Assembly (NCBI GenBank): GCA_002633005.1
Contig: NMRA01000615.1
Coordinates: 62,001-126,000 of the forward strand
Direction of reading: 5' to 3'
Length of the DNA stretch: 64,000 nt
Origin: Phoronis australis
Lineage: Eukaryota; Animalia; Phoronida
The position numbers and the translations under genes were made by a program. Numbering within the stretch: position 1 is the first letter of the stretch; the number at the start of each line of letters is the position of its first letter. The notes under the pieces are model-generated. The model worked only from the letters and a program-made list of their open reading frames with translations. It was not told the DNA's origin and made no database searches. This document shows positions 12,701-25,056 of this stretch, piece by piece.

Positions 12701-14580
12701 TGGCAGTGTCGTCAGCAGTTGCCCACCATCATGATGTCGATTACAATAACCTGGCCAAAACGATAACGATTACAATCGTTACGTGTAAGCGGCGAGTGAG
12801 AATAATGACAGGTACGATTATTGTGAACTCTTCTTTATTCAAACCAGTTGGTAGCACAGGTATTTATCTTTTTAGTCTGCGTACGATATTGTGAATTACC
12901 TTAATGGGAAAGATGTTAGCATATTAAATTATACTTTCTAATTTCTCCTCGTGAGCTACCCCTACTTAGTGGATTGCAGCATTCCCGTAGAATACCCATT
13001 AAGATTACGGATGCCATTTTCCGACATAATTTCTGAAATAAGCGGGGTAAATAGGCTGAGAGAAGTTTGTTAAAATCTTCAAATTTGCCCTTCATCAAAT
13101 TTTATAGCCTGCTGCAAAGATTGGATTGAAAACAAACGGCATAAAATACTGTTATTGCTTTACGCTATTGTAGCGGATGCACTCACTAATCCGGTTGACC
13201 TATTCAGAAAAATGTACAACAGCTTAATTTTTGGCCGGTATTCTTACGAGGTGCAAACGGTCAAAGCGTCATCTATGAAATATTGGCGCTGTGTTGCTCA
13301 GATTACTGTGTGCGTCGGGCACCAGAGCGCATGCAACAATTTGGACGTTCATTGTAAACAAATGAGCCGGAAAGTCTACTTAAAATTATAATGAATCCTG
13401 TCTCGATATGATTTCAACCTATACTCGTTATGCCAACTGCCATATTAGCGCTAATCTTGAAAGATAAAAACAGAACGAGGGGTGACGTACGTGCGTTCGC
13501 TAAAGTAAAAATTTTCGCAAGCAACGGACCTTGCATACTGTAAGTTAACACTGCAACGACTCAGACTGCCGTGTACATCGGTAAATGGCTCACACACAAT
13601 TCCTCCAATCACCGATAATTCCTCAACGATTTGTGTACACTGGTTACAAGCCGGTTCATTTTAGAACCACGCACTGCGTCATCGCCGGTCAACTTGTGCA
13701 TTAAATTTTGTTTCTATTCACAGAATTGTTCTTGCGGCAAAATTACGTCCTGTGTCCGTATGAAGCGCAAATGATACAGCTGATAATAGCAAAAAATAAC
13801 TGTGATCTATAGGGGGTCCATTATTCAGAATCAACGACCAGTTCATAAATCACTTTGATGTACTGATTGCCATATCCAAGATTCTCCCGTTTTGGCTACG
13901 ACCGGACGTACCGCCTTTCACAACACGGATCTCTGGCTGTGAATTTCAGTCAGCTTTTGAAAAATCATGCCGAGGAAGACAACATAACACAGTCAAAAGT
14001 CAGATGGACGGTCCGTTAAGTGATCCGAATGATTCTGAGACAGTGATCCCGAATGCGGTGCACAGTGGGAACAAACAGAAATGTTCACCTAAAACATTTA
14101 TTTACGACATATTGTAAGCAGCTACATCCCCTGTGCATCCATTGACGACGAGACCAAATAATGCCATCAAAAACATTAGCCGTCGCCATCTTACAAACTT
14201 CCACTAAAGACTCATAACGACAAGGGCCAAAAATCTGGTTGCTATGGAGCATGGCTAAAGAAGTTAGCTTGTAGTGTACCCAAAAGAAGTTGGTGGTTTC
14301 TTTTTACGTCGTCTACACAAGAAACTCTTTTCAGAGCCTTGTCAGAACTAAAAGGACGCCTCTTGCGATCTAAAACTACATGCGACCTAGGAATATGATC
14401 TTAACTCCATGACAGAACACTTCCTACACAACTAAAATAGTAGCAAATTGAGATATTCGATTCTCAAAATGTATGCATTCAAAGAAATAGAGAAGTAGCT
14501 GGCTCGTTGATGACGTACATAGTGCTTTGCGGAGGATAAAGAGGTGTAGCACTGGGGGACCACCGCGATGATGATTCCTG

Positions 14581-14720
14581 CGTACCGAGACTGGCGTACA
14601 TGAAGTAATATCTCATGAGACATTATTCTGCATGTCGACCGAGACCGTTGATAATGTCGAAAGGGATATTACTTCATCTGAAACGCCAATCGATGTACGT
14701 TTTGTATTTATCCCATACAG
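14581..14720. repeat. Imperfect ~120-bp hairpin followed by TTTATCCCATAC
   Basis: ATGAAGTAATATCTC/GGGATATTACTTCAT and GACATTAT/ATAATGTC are inverted pairs; an inverted GTATGAGATAAA lies near 15229-15240. Confidence 0.65.
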
Positions 14721-17171
14721 TTCTTTCATTTTTGGCAGATTTTTTAGAAACTTCACGCAGACTGTTCACGATGCGGACCACATCTTACATGTTACAAATT
14801 TTCTCTAAAAGAAACACTAAGGATTAATTACTTGAAAAGAGATAACGAATATGAAAGCAACGGTAATTGTGCATCTAACCCTGTAACATTTCCAGAGAAT
14901 TGTTAAATAACTGCAATATTTGATATTGTAGGTACCGAGGAACAGACACCAGCAATCGAAAACTGAGGCAAAAGTGTCATATGCATGTAATTAACAGATT
15001 TGTTCCAGATGTTAGGTTTGGGACCTGATTGCATGTTGTATGTTATTTATACAGCTGAAATGGTATTACTTGAAACTATTTTGGGAAAGTTTGATGACCG
15101 AACCGGCTAAGGACGTCCAGTCGAAATTGACCTACCCTTTGAGCTCCCCATGTCAGAGGGCGCTGTTGAAGCAGTGCGAGAGGTGAATACGGAAAACATG
15201 GCCGTATTGCACGCGACTGATTCAATACGTATGAGATAAAATAATTACAAACGAAGGTCTTTATTTGTGCTCAGCAATACGTGAAATATCACATTTGTCA
15301 ACTCGCTCCAGATTCCATCATGGTGAAATGAGAGAGCGTTTTTTCTTTAGAGTAGGGAAAACAGTCTTCAGGAAATCTCGTGCTGCGATACGCTTTTTAG
15401 CGGTCCGTGTGGGGAAGTTATAGCAGTTCATTTCGTCAGTCAGCCGAAATTGCTCTCCAAATTTTGTGTGGTAGCCTCACTGACTTCCTTTCTCTACTAT
15501 CTTCTGGGTCCCACGCATACATGTACGTTGATCTACTTGACAGTAAGGACAACTTGTGTCGTTGCTTGTGAACGGACATCAAAAAGAATTACTGCTAGGC
15601 AATTATATTTTGACAGGCTGCCACCAGGGATTTTGTGACGGGGTACCTTTCCGTTTTTTAATTATAACAAACGAGGAATCGGGTTTCATATTGGGTTCAC
15701 ACCTGTCAATTGAGATGTTGTCATTCTACGCAGGGGGAATACCCTACAAATCAAAGGACGTCACAATCACGGCGAAGTGTTTCATTGAAATTGGCGAAGT
15801 TTGAGGTCTGGAGAATTCGTGTGGGAGCTACCGGAATGATGTGGTCCCAGTAGATATCTCTAAAATAGCTTTCATTCTTGTCTCCTTCACTTTTAACCTC
15901 AAAACCTACATTCGCGTTTAGTGACAATCAAAAGATGACTGTGTTGGTCGTGACAAACTGTTTTTGACTCAGTCTGTCAAGCGTGATGAAGCATGTTTAT
16001 ATGAAAATGTTACCCGCTTTATGGTCGTGTTGCTGTCCAGCATCCATTTTAATAGCATCCATTTTAATAGATAATTCCAGCTTGGGCAAACCTTGAAAAA
16101 TATACAATGGATTTTAACTGCGCCCTGTTTCAAGGCTGGCTGGCGCCAATCCTTGTTGTCTATAGCCTAATGAGATATACATTGTATATGTATTTATTAT
16201 GGATATCCCCGAAATGACAACTAATGAGTGAAATCACAACACTCAACAACTCAGAAAGTGTTACAGGAAGCATATAACAACATTTATGAAAGGGTGACTT
16301 TCTTACACGACAGATGATTCCTGCACAGAATTTTTTGAGCTCATCATTTATTTACTATAAAGGAAGAGCAGTAACAATGAACAACAAAAAAACAAAGTAC
16401 ACAGTTGAAGACGTACATATGCTTACTTAGAAGTGAAAGAGCCAAAAATACAAGACACAATAAAGTTTTTGTGCTCATTTGTAGGACTTTTTATGTGAAA
16501 TGATCAAAACATGTCATTCTTTGCACAGGGATTTCGACAGAGTGAAGAAAAGTGACAAGTCCAGTGATGTGTGTTTTGGTAGGCAAAACCCTGTGAGAAC
16601 TGTTTTGTGCCCCCAATTGTAACTGTTCCAAAGGGTACCCATGACTGCTTATTAAAGGATCAAAAACTAATATTTGCGCTGCTTAGCTGGCCAAAAACAA
16701 AAATCGATTCGGTCTCAAAACAATTCTTAACGTGATAAGATTCTATGCACGTTCCCAAAAACAAAACGTAAGCGACTTCAGACTTCATTGAGGTAGGCCA
16801 AACTTAAAAATGCAAATTCGAACATGCCTGTGACTTCTGTTGCAACAATTAAAAAAAATCAGATGACCGCGTTTCGAATCGGAATATGCTACTTTCACCC
16901 TAAACCGCGGCGAAGTACCAATCTACACTAACTTCTTGACATGACCTACAGCTGACGAGTTATGTATTCTTGGAGTTTGCTTAAACACATTCGATTTCCA
17001 ACCGTTTTTTACGTCGGCGTTTTAATCGTTTTATCCCTGGTCAAGATCTTTCCACTTATACATGTATTCCATAAACAAACTTCTAACGAAATTGTGCACG
17101 TCTAAATCGTGCCACGATTTTAATAATGTTACATGATTCTAAGTCTGTAACTGAGGGCTCGAGATATATAT

Positions 17172-17299
17172 ATAGGTTATACAACGTACGTGTTTGTACC
17201 GCCCTCGTTCAAATACTTTTGCATATCACGAATCGAGATCTACATGTAATAACACACTGGTACAAACAAGCACGTTGTATAACCTATTTATCCTATGCG
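17172..17299. repeat. Imperfect 116-bp hairpin followed by TTTATCCTATGCG
   Basis: ATAGGTTATACAACGT..TGTTTGTACC pairs with GGTACAAACA..ACGTTGTATAACCTAT; an inverted CGTATAGGATAAA lies near 18231-18243. Confidence 0.75.
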
Positions 17300-18242
17300 C
17301 CCCATTGAGGATTCTTTCAGAGGTGGGTTTGCACAGAATGCTCCGCTTGTTTTGATGTCGTTTGTCATCTTTTTCAATGATGATCGCAGATCGCGTGACA
17401 CGTATACGTGCACGCAATATTTTGATGATTGAATTTTTGCAGCCTGCATGACACGGCAGTTCAAGTTGTATTTTACAGCAGCTACAGGCTTGGTGTGCAT
17501 ATCTACTATTTTCAGTATTTTCGGCAGTGTCTGGGCTAAATCTATTACATGTACTAAGTTAAAGTTTGCTTACATTCCTGACGATTTTTCTTGACTTCAA
17601 AAAGTGCTCCTAATTGCGCGCTGTTCTTATCATTTTTAGGTAGGAAGTAGTCCGAAATTTATAATTTAAATGACAAAATTAAGTTTTACAGCAGTTGTAG
17701 TTTTACTTTACGGTTTTGATTGTTTTGAGAACGAATTTAAAAATTGACTCATATTTGACCGTATAGAACCTCATCTGATGTTGTGCAATAGGCGACCAAA
17801 GGAAGGCATGCATTCGTAATGTTTATTACTTTCCTAATGCCATACATGTATATATTGTGGCAAGTTCAGATATTTGTGATTTAAGTGTTCTGCTCAGGTG
17901 CAAAATGTTTTGATATATTAGGAAAATTGATAACAATGTTTCTATTCCTCTTTTTTGTTTATTTTCGAAAACGCATATCATAGTATTGGCATGAGAAAAT
18001 ATTGCGCAAAGAGCTCAACCCAAAGTGATGCTATATATACTGTACTATCATATTTCTTCTGATTGTAGCCTAATGTGTGCACAAGAGGAGATTTTGGCGA
18101 GAATGAAGGCATCGTATTCATGGCGAGATGAATACGGAAAATCCGTATTCAAAGCGCCTTGAATATGGAAAGTAGTTCCTCCATATTAAACCTCACAATA
18201 CAACCCGTATTTCATGGCCATACTAACACGCGTATAGGATAA

Positions 18243-19286
18243 ATATAGATTATTACATGGCGAAGTCGTTATCCCCCGTTATCTAGAGCCCAAGTGGATT
18301 TTGGAGATAATTCTACAAAATCCACGTGGGCTCTAGATAAGGGGGATAACGACTGAGAACATGTAATAATCTATTTATACCACATACTAAACGAGAAACA
18401 TTGCAATGAATCGATTTACCTTTTCTGACTCGCCTCGGCTTTGTACCTACTTTCTATGTCAGAGGCCCGGGGTCGGAGGTCGTGACCTTTTAAGAAAAGC
18501 CGAGCTATTTTTGTCAAATAATGCTTATACTCAAAACCAATTGGAAATTAAAACAAAATAGAAATGAAGTGAATCTCTAAAATAAGATTAAGCGTCTATT
18601 ATAGCTTAAAACACGTTTTTTTACACGCTAAGCTTCGACCGGGAAATTATCGTCTGCTAAAGTAGGTTACCACTGGTAACTGAATATAATTCTCAAGTCA
18701 AAGATCCTGACGACACGATACCCGCATTCAAACTGGAGATCGGTGATTTACAAGTAAGAGGACATCAGAGAAAAATTTCAATGAATTAATATATCATTTT
18801 TATGGAAATTATGTGTCTTATATTTCGTAGCGTATAAGTACAGTACAATGCGGTTTGTTGAACGTGCGATTATTGCGCGTGCTCATTTAAGTATTCTATT
18901 TTCACACTTGATGACGTCAGTCGCTGAGTGGTGTAGTGGTTAAAGTCGGCGACCAGCAATATTAGGGTTCCGGTTTCGACCCCGTCCTCGGTTTCCCGCC
19001 AAATCGTTATCTCACTAGTGAGATATCGATTTGGCGGGAAACCGAGGACGGGGTCGAACCCGGGACCNAGAAAAGGTAAATCGATTCATTGCAATGTTTC
19101 TCGTTTAGTATGTGGTATAAATAGATTATTACATGTTCTCAGCCGTTATCCCCCTTATCTAGAGCCCTCGTGGATTTTGGAGAATTATCACCCTCGGGGC
19201 TAACGCCCCTCGGGCGATATTTCTCCAAAATCCACTCGGGCTCTAGATAACGGGGGATAACGACTTCGCCATGTAATAATCTATAT
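18243..19286. mobile_element. Nested palindromic (foldback) element: ~184-bp TIRs that are themselves hairpins, a central palindrome, and an N gap in the right arm
   Basis: 18243-18426 is the reverse complement of 19069-19286, the right copy carrying an extra ~34-bp GC-rich insert. 18966-19067 is a near-perfect palindrome centred on CACT|AGTG at 19016/19017. Confidence 0.9.
18923..18992 (+). pseudogene. tRNA-derived (Pol III A/B box) sequence inside the palindromic element
   Basis: A box TGGTGTAGTGGTTA, B box GGTTTCGACCCC, acceptor-like pairing GCTGAG/CTCGGT; the anticodon arm does not pair well. The inverted copy at 19041-19067 has B box GGTTCGACCCC. Confidence 0.65.
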
Positions 19287-20012
19287 ATATGACTAGACAA
19301 ATCGCGATTCGTTATCCGTTCCTTTTTTCAAAGCCTAAGCAGAGCTATTTAAAACTCTCATTAAACACGTTTTCATCGACTACGTTCTGGTTAAACCACG
19401 CAATAACAGATAGGTAAAAATTCTAATGTTGTCAATCATTTAGAATTGGAACGTATAGTTCACAACAGTATTCATATCGTAAGACGAAGTGACAGTGTTA
19501 AAACAGCATTTTATCCTTCTGACTAATCTAATTACCCTCACAAGTTCCCATAGCTAAACAGGTGATATGTATTAATGGTAATTAACTGTTAATTGTGAAG
19601 CATAATTTTACCAAAATCTGTAAAATGCATTACTTTTTAGGAAGTCAAAAGGGAATTATTAAATGGAAAATTTACTAAAAAATATTACTTGAAGGATTCT
19701 TCTGTCAAATCCTTGAATTCGGTGACAACAACTTATTGGAAACTTGAGAGCAGAGTTCAAAGAAGGGTTGTTGTTAGTAGCTCCAATTCATCGGTTAAAG
19801 CAGAAATTTTCTGTAAAACAAATAATTGAAGACGAAATTAAAAAGGGTGCAGTCTTCGCAAAGAGTCTAGTCAGCGCGCCGCTTGTGGGCACATCACGTG
19901 ACCAAGTCTGAAAAGATCTCTTCCCCAAACTTGCCTCTGTTTGGTACAACCTTTTCTCAGTTTTTCGTTAATGTCATCTAACTTACTCACCATGGAGTCC
20001 GATCAAGACCTG

Positions 20013-20992
20013 CATAGGCGGATTTAGGGGGGGCCAGGGGGCCCGCCCCCCTCCTCCTTGGCTGCCGCAAAAATAAAACAGCAAGAGCGTAGGAAAATGC
20101 TAAGTTTATTAATTAACTCAGGTAATTAAAATTATACGACTGAAACAAGATTTGAATGTGAGCAGTTTTGGTGTTTGGGGGGTGGGGCTCAAATCCAATT
20201 TCAAGTGTGAAATTCGGAACACGGCGCAATCGTAACTATGCCTACTGTAAGTATAGGCTCTCCCGCGATATCCCAGGCGACCGGCAGTGGCGCTGGGCCC
20301 TACGACTCCGTTTCCGTCGTCTGCTCCACTGTGCAATGAAGAAAATTACTTCATTTTTTAAAGAAAATGGAATCTGAGTGATGATAAAAAAACAGAAGCT
20401 GCTGGTAAGATGTCAATTTTACTTGAAGCCTTAGTGAATCAATCAGAAACTCATAATTCTCTCTTTGTCAAACCTTAACTTAAGACGATTTCCAAAGCAA
20501 TCGCGTCATTATTGCCAAGACAAAACACGGATTTGGTCTTTTGGGCAATTGAAGAATATTTTAAATACAACAAATTTGTTACAAATTGATAACACAAAAT
20601 ATAAAACATGTAACAAGCATGACAAAAAGGTTTTGCGCAAACGCTATGGACCATAAACAAGTAGGTCTCTTAATATTAAATTAGGAGTTAAATCGTGGTG
20701 GTGCAGTGGTAAAGCACGCGCGCTCTATCCGCCAGATCGTGATTTCGAGTCTGTGGTGCTTGCATTTTTTTTCCTGTTTGACACTTTCTCCTTTTTTGCC
20801 TTTTTTTTCTTGGATAATACTTCGGGAATCAGGGAAAATGCTTGATTTTTAGAGGAAAAAACAAGAAAAATTTCCTGGGCGGGAGGGGACCTCCCCCATT
20901 CGGTGCTATGCGCATCTAAAATCGTGCTTTGAGTAAGTGTTTACAGACAAAATGTTGTGCCCCCACCTTGTGATATCCTAGATCCGCCACTG
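20013..20992. mobile_element. 980-bp non-autonomous TIR element, 5-bp TSD ACCTG (hAT5-like)
   Basis: CATAGGCGGATTTA ... TAGATCCGCCACTG; ACCTG at 20008-20012 and 20993-20997. The left end is shared with 41818-42111. Confidence 0.8.
20692..20772 (+). pseudogene. Degenerate tRNA-like fragment carried inside the TIR element
   Basis: A box TGGTGCAGTGGTAA, B-box-like GATTTCGAGTC, followed by a T8 run. Confidence 0.45.
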
Positions 20993-23900
20993 ACCTGGGC
21001 ATGTTTTTTTGGTTCGTAGGTCATGTCATTCACAACAGTGTGTCATTCTCGTGGTAACGTGGGCTTTTGAAAAACATGTCGTACATTAATACGACAACAG
21101 TTCTTGCACCAGTATTCACCGAACTTTCTGTATTAAAACGTTGATGAAATGCTCAAAGTAGTGTCCGAGACTTTCCATAACGAGCACCGATGCCTGTAAT
21201 CGCAAAAATGAGTTCAGCTTGCTGCAGTTTTCCAAGAACAATAAATTCGTGATTTTAAACATCAAAATAACGGACCACCACTGAAAAAATAAAACATTGG
21301 GCAATTAAAAAAATTCAAACATGACTAAAATCGGTGATTAAAGTTTTTCCTGAGATACCGTGCTCTGAGTCGCGCTTAAAAAACTGCAATCGCGCAAAAA
21401 CAGAATTTGTGTCGCAAGTTGAACACTCGTCGTTTTATTTTCAATTTTCAAACTACGCTTTGCGGTCGTGAAAGTAACTGTAATGTATTCGAGTTTCCTT
21501 GTTTAGTGCAATGTTTTCAAAGTAACGCAAAAATTTTTCACAGTGGAAATGCGTAATAAGCTATTTTAGATGAGCCTTATCCAAAGCCGATTACATGATC
21601 TAATGCAGGTGGAGGAAAATGTAGGCCACAAGGTCGTCTTCGAGTGATTTTCAGACAACGCTGTGTCTTTTTCAGGAAGTAAATTGCTTGAAACAACGCA
21701 TAAATATTCGACGAGAATTCGAATGACATGCATTTTGAAGGTTATTCACCAGATGGCAGCACTCATGGTATGGTGAACTAGTCATCACTTACGCATGAAC
21801 AATTTGTTCATGGTGTTGTATTCTGTGGAGTGTTGACATGTAGCACCACTTTATTTTACTAAAGTATCATGTTCAGTTATTTATACCATTCGTACCATAT
21901 GTCAGTCTTGCAATGTGTGCCCACTATATGAAAAGTTTTAATAATTACCTACTTGCAATATACAGTTGTATGTTAAAGGTGGTCCTCAATGAAGAGGCTA
22001 TTGCCGACGATAATCTAGACAAATTATATTTTTAGGTTTGAAGTCTAACTCTCAACAGAAGGTGAGTCTCTCAAGTAGCTTTAAAGAACACCTTTACATA
22101 CTTATAAAGCATGTTCAACGCTCTAACATACAAAACAGGTGCTTTGAAGAACGCACATTTTATTTGCAATGATATGGATGGTTCTCAGTCTATTTCCCAA
22201 AAGTTTGTCAAATGTCCGCGATGTCAAATGTTTTTTTAATTTTTCTGCTATACAATTACGGCAATCACACAGATATCTTGCTCTCTTATCAATAAGTGAT
22301 CATTACCAGGCACGTACACCATTAGAATATTGAAGAAAATCAATGTTTGCCTCTGTTTATTACGAAGTAGGATCGCTATCAAATTAATTCCATTTAGGTA
22401 AAAGGGAATTATTATTTGGTTAACTTGTATGCCGCAGTTTTTAAAACGATTTTACAGTCTTCAACATAACTCTGTCAGGCTGCATTAAACTTGGATAAAG
22501 TTCTTACTTAAATAATTTGACTGTTTAGGCGAACGTTTGTTGCAATAAAATAATGCTTTTGTTGAAATTTTGTCGGAGTATGAAGTGACGTTCTTTCGCC
22601 AAGCGGTTAATCGTTGATTAAGAAAGGACTCGCGCACTGTTATTTTTGCGAATTTATAAAACGTACCTTTTCAACATCTGTCGAGATTTCGAGCTTAGCT
22701 TGAATACTAGTCGACTCAAAATAGATATTAATTGCGGTTTTGTATACCGTTCTCCAGTTTATTCTGAAAACTATTACATGTATACATGTATCTTAGAACA
22801 ACCAGTTTAAACGTAGGCCTATTGACAAGATTTATACATGTAGTTTTAAAAGGCATCTCCCGTGAACCGAGTACTGATGAACATTGCCCGGGTCACACAG
22901 ACACATAACCCGTCTGTAATTATGGACTTACAGACCCGCGCCACAAGGGTGTTGTTAAACTGTTGAACATAATTTTGCCCAAATATTACAAATTCATCTC
23001 GTACCTGTGGTAGTTGCAATGCCTGAATGAAGGAAAATGCAGTTCCTAACCAAAACAGGAAAAGTGATTTAATGAAAAAAAAAATCGGCAGCCTTGTGCA
23101 AAAATGTCAATTTTCCACACATGCTTTGCTCTCGACGCCATTTTGTCGCTTAGTATGATGTTGTGATTTGTGAAAAATGTCAACAGTTAACCTAGTGACC
23201 CAGTTTAAACTAGAATGCCATTGGTTGATTTAGAAAAAAGGCCGACCTTTGAAATCTTAATCTGGTAGAAGCGGAAATAGAAGTCGAAGTTTCCATTTTG
23301 AAGGTGGTCTTTTTATCTACAAATATCTTTAATTTGGGTTGCTAATTTTTGTGAGGGAAACGGGCACAGAACAGAAGATGATCATTTTATAATCCAGGTA
23401 TGTTTTTAAACTTGAATGTGAAGGACGCACATTTCACATTTCGTCAAATTTCTTGACAACCGCCAACGTCAAACAAAGCCATCACGTGTGAATAGCGGTG
23501 GCCTGTGACTCCCTGGGGTGGCTGCCCATTACACGTACGAGACTATTTACTTCAAGCGTGCGTGCTTTATCTTATAGAATAGAATTATTGTGATGCACCA
23601 TGTCTCCGTTCCACAACCGAATTTACAAAAAAATATCTACTACTAGTCAAACACTTGTTATTTCGTTTCTGATTAACAAAGCTTTCGTTATAAACTTTGC
23701 AAAACTTTTCAAAAGTTGAACTCAGTATTATCTGATTTATATCCGTCCAGGCTTATTTTCAGACAGAAAGCTTGAATTATGTCTTATTACCAATTACAAA
23801 TTTAGTGACCAACTGTTTTTGAAAACTGTGAATCATTTCCTATGCTTGCCTTACCCGGAACCCATAAAAAATGTCGTTTATCCATTAACCACGGCAACAC

Positions 23901-24089
23901 TAAAATCAAAGTTCATTTGCGATAATTTGTAACTGACACGATCACAAATATTATTTTGTTTTTGCTCATCGAATACACAGAAGATCATTCTGAGCTAGAT
24001 CGATTTTTTCGAAATCCCAATTAGGAATGGATTTTAATCGAACTTGGTCGGTCACGTGGTTTTACCATGTAATTTTTATGCGACATCTA

Positions 24090-24586
24090 CAGCATTCTGT
24101 CGTTCAGTAACTTTTCCAGACGTGAGGGATGCTGAACGTGCGATAACATCTGGCTCTTTTGTTAAATGCCCAGCTCAGTCTTTTGTCCCGTATGGTAACA
24201 AGAAGGCCAATTTTCTACCAGGCTTCAAAGGAAACGTACGGTGGTTGCACGCTATTACCGAACGCGTGTGAACACAGTCAAACTCAGTGCGTCCGTTTGG
24301 ACAAAATAGATTGCTTTAACTTCTGTTGTAGTTGGGCGATTTTGGTGATTCAAAAACTTAACATGATCAGCATTTGACGAGGAATTCAGAAATACTATTG
24401 GTTTAAGCTCAAATATGTTATAACTTAACTTTCATTTTTATCAGCCCAGTCCAGTCATGCTAGATAAGAACTGATCGGAGATTAGAGCAATTATCGAACA
24501 AAAGAGCGCAGGCCCTCCAACCATAAATGCCAGAATGGAGTTAATCAGTCGTGTAAGATATTGGCTACGGAGGTAAACTTTCCAAC
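24090..24586 (+). repeat. Interspersed repeat, copy 1 (copy 2 at 54202-55185)
   Basis: Colinear similarity, e.g. CAAGAAGGCCAAT..TCTACCAGGCTT, TGTGAACACAGTCAAACTC and TAAATGCCAGAATGGAGTTAATCAGT. Confidence 0.9.
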
Positions 24587-24900
24587 TTGTTGTTGGGCTA
24601 TAGAATCAAACAAGTTGGGAGCAACGGGATGTTGCAGTCATGTACATGTATCACTTCAGTTTCAACACAGTCCTCATCGTGGAGGTGTCAAATACTTCCT
24701 AGTTCAACAGCGGGTCGCAGTTTGCCTCTATAAGAAAGTTTTGATGTAAAATTTTTGCAAATTTACAATGTACTTACACCCATTAAACGCTTTGAAGCGC
24801 CATCTTTGAAAACCATTATTTTGTTTTTGGGGCGGAACCTTCCATTGCTTATGCGTTCTAATAAGATAAGTCACACGTTAAAAACAAGGACAGTGGTCGA

Positions 24901-25056
24901 CAGTGCTGTATTGGTAAAATTAGAGGTAAGTAGGCGCCCAAAGCCCACCGTATCACCTTGACCACTGATGGTAACTTAGGGTGCGTAGGCGCTACGTTCA
25001 AATGCCAAAGGGTGGTTGGCTGCGCCTACGTGCGCCTATGCCCCACTACAGCACTG
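24901..25056. mobile_element. 156-bp hAT-type MITE, 8-bp TSD
   Basis: TIR CAGTGCTGTA/TACAGCACTG; flanks GTGGTCGA and TTGGTCGA (7/8 match). Confidence 0.8.

Noticed and set aside
12400-12894. 164-aa poly-Asp/poly-Met ORF and the overlapping 68-aa ORF
   Set aside because: Translation of the (GAT)n microsatellite; no domain or splice context.
18923-18992. Functional tRNA gene
   Set aside because: The anticodon stem does not pair, there is no T4 terminator, and it is embedded in a repeat; treated as tRNA-derived.
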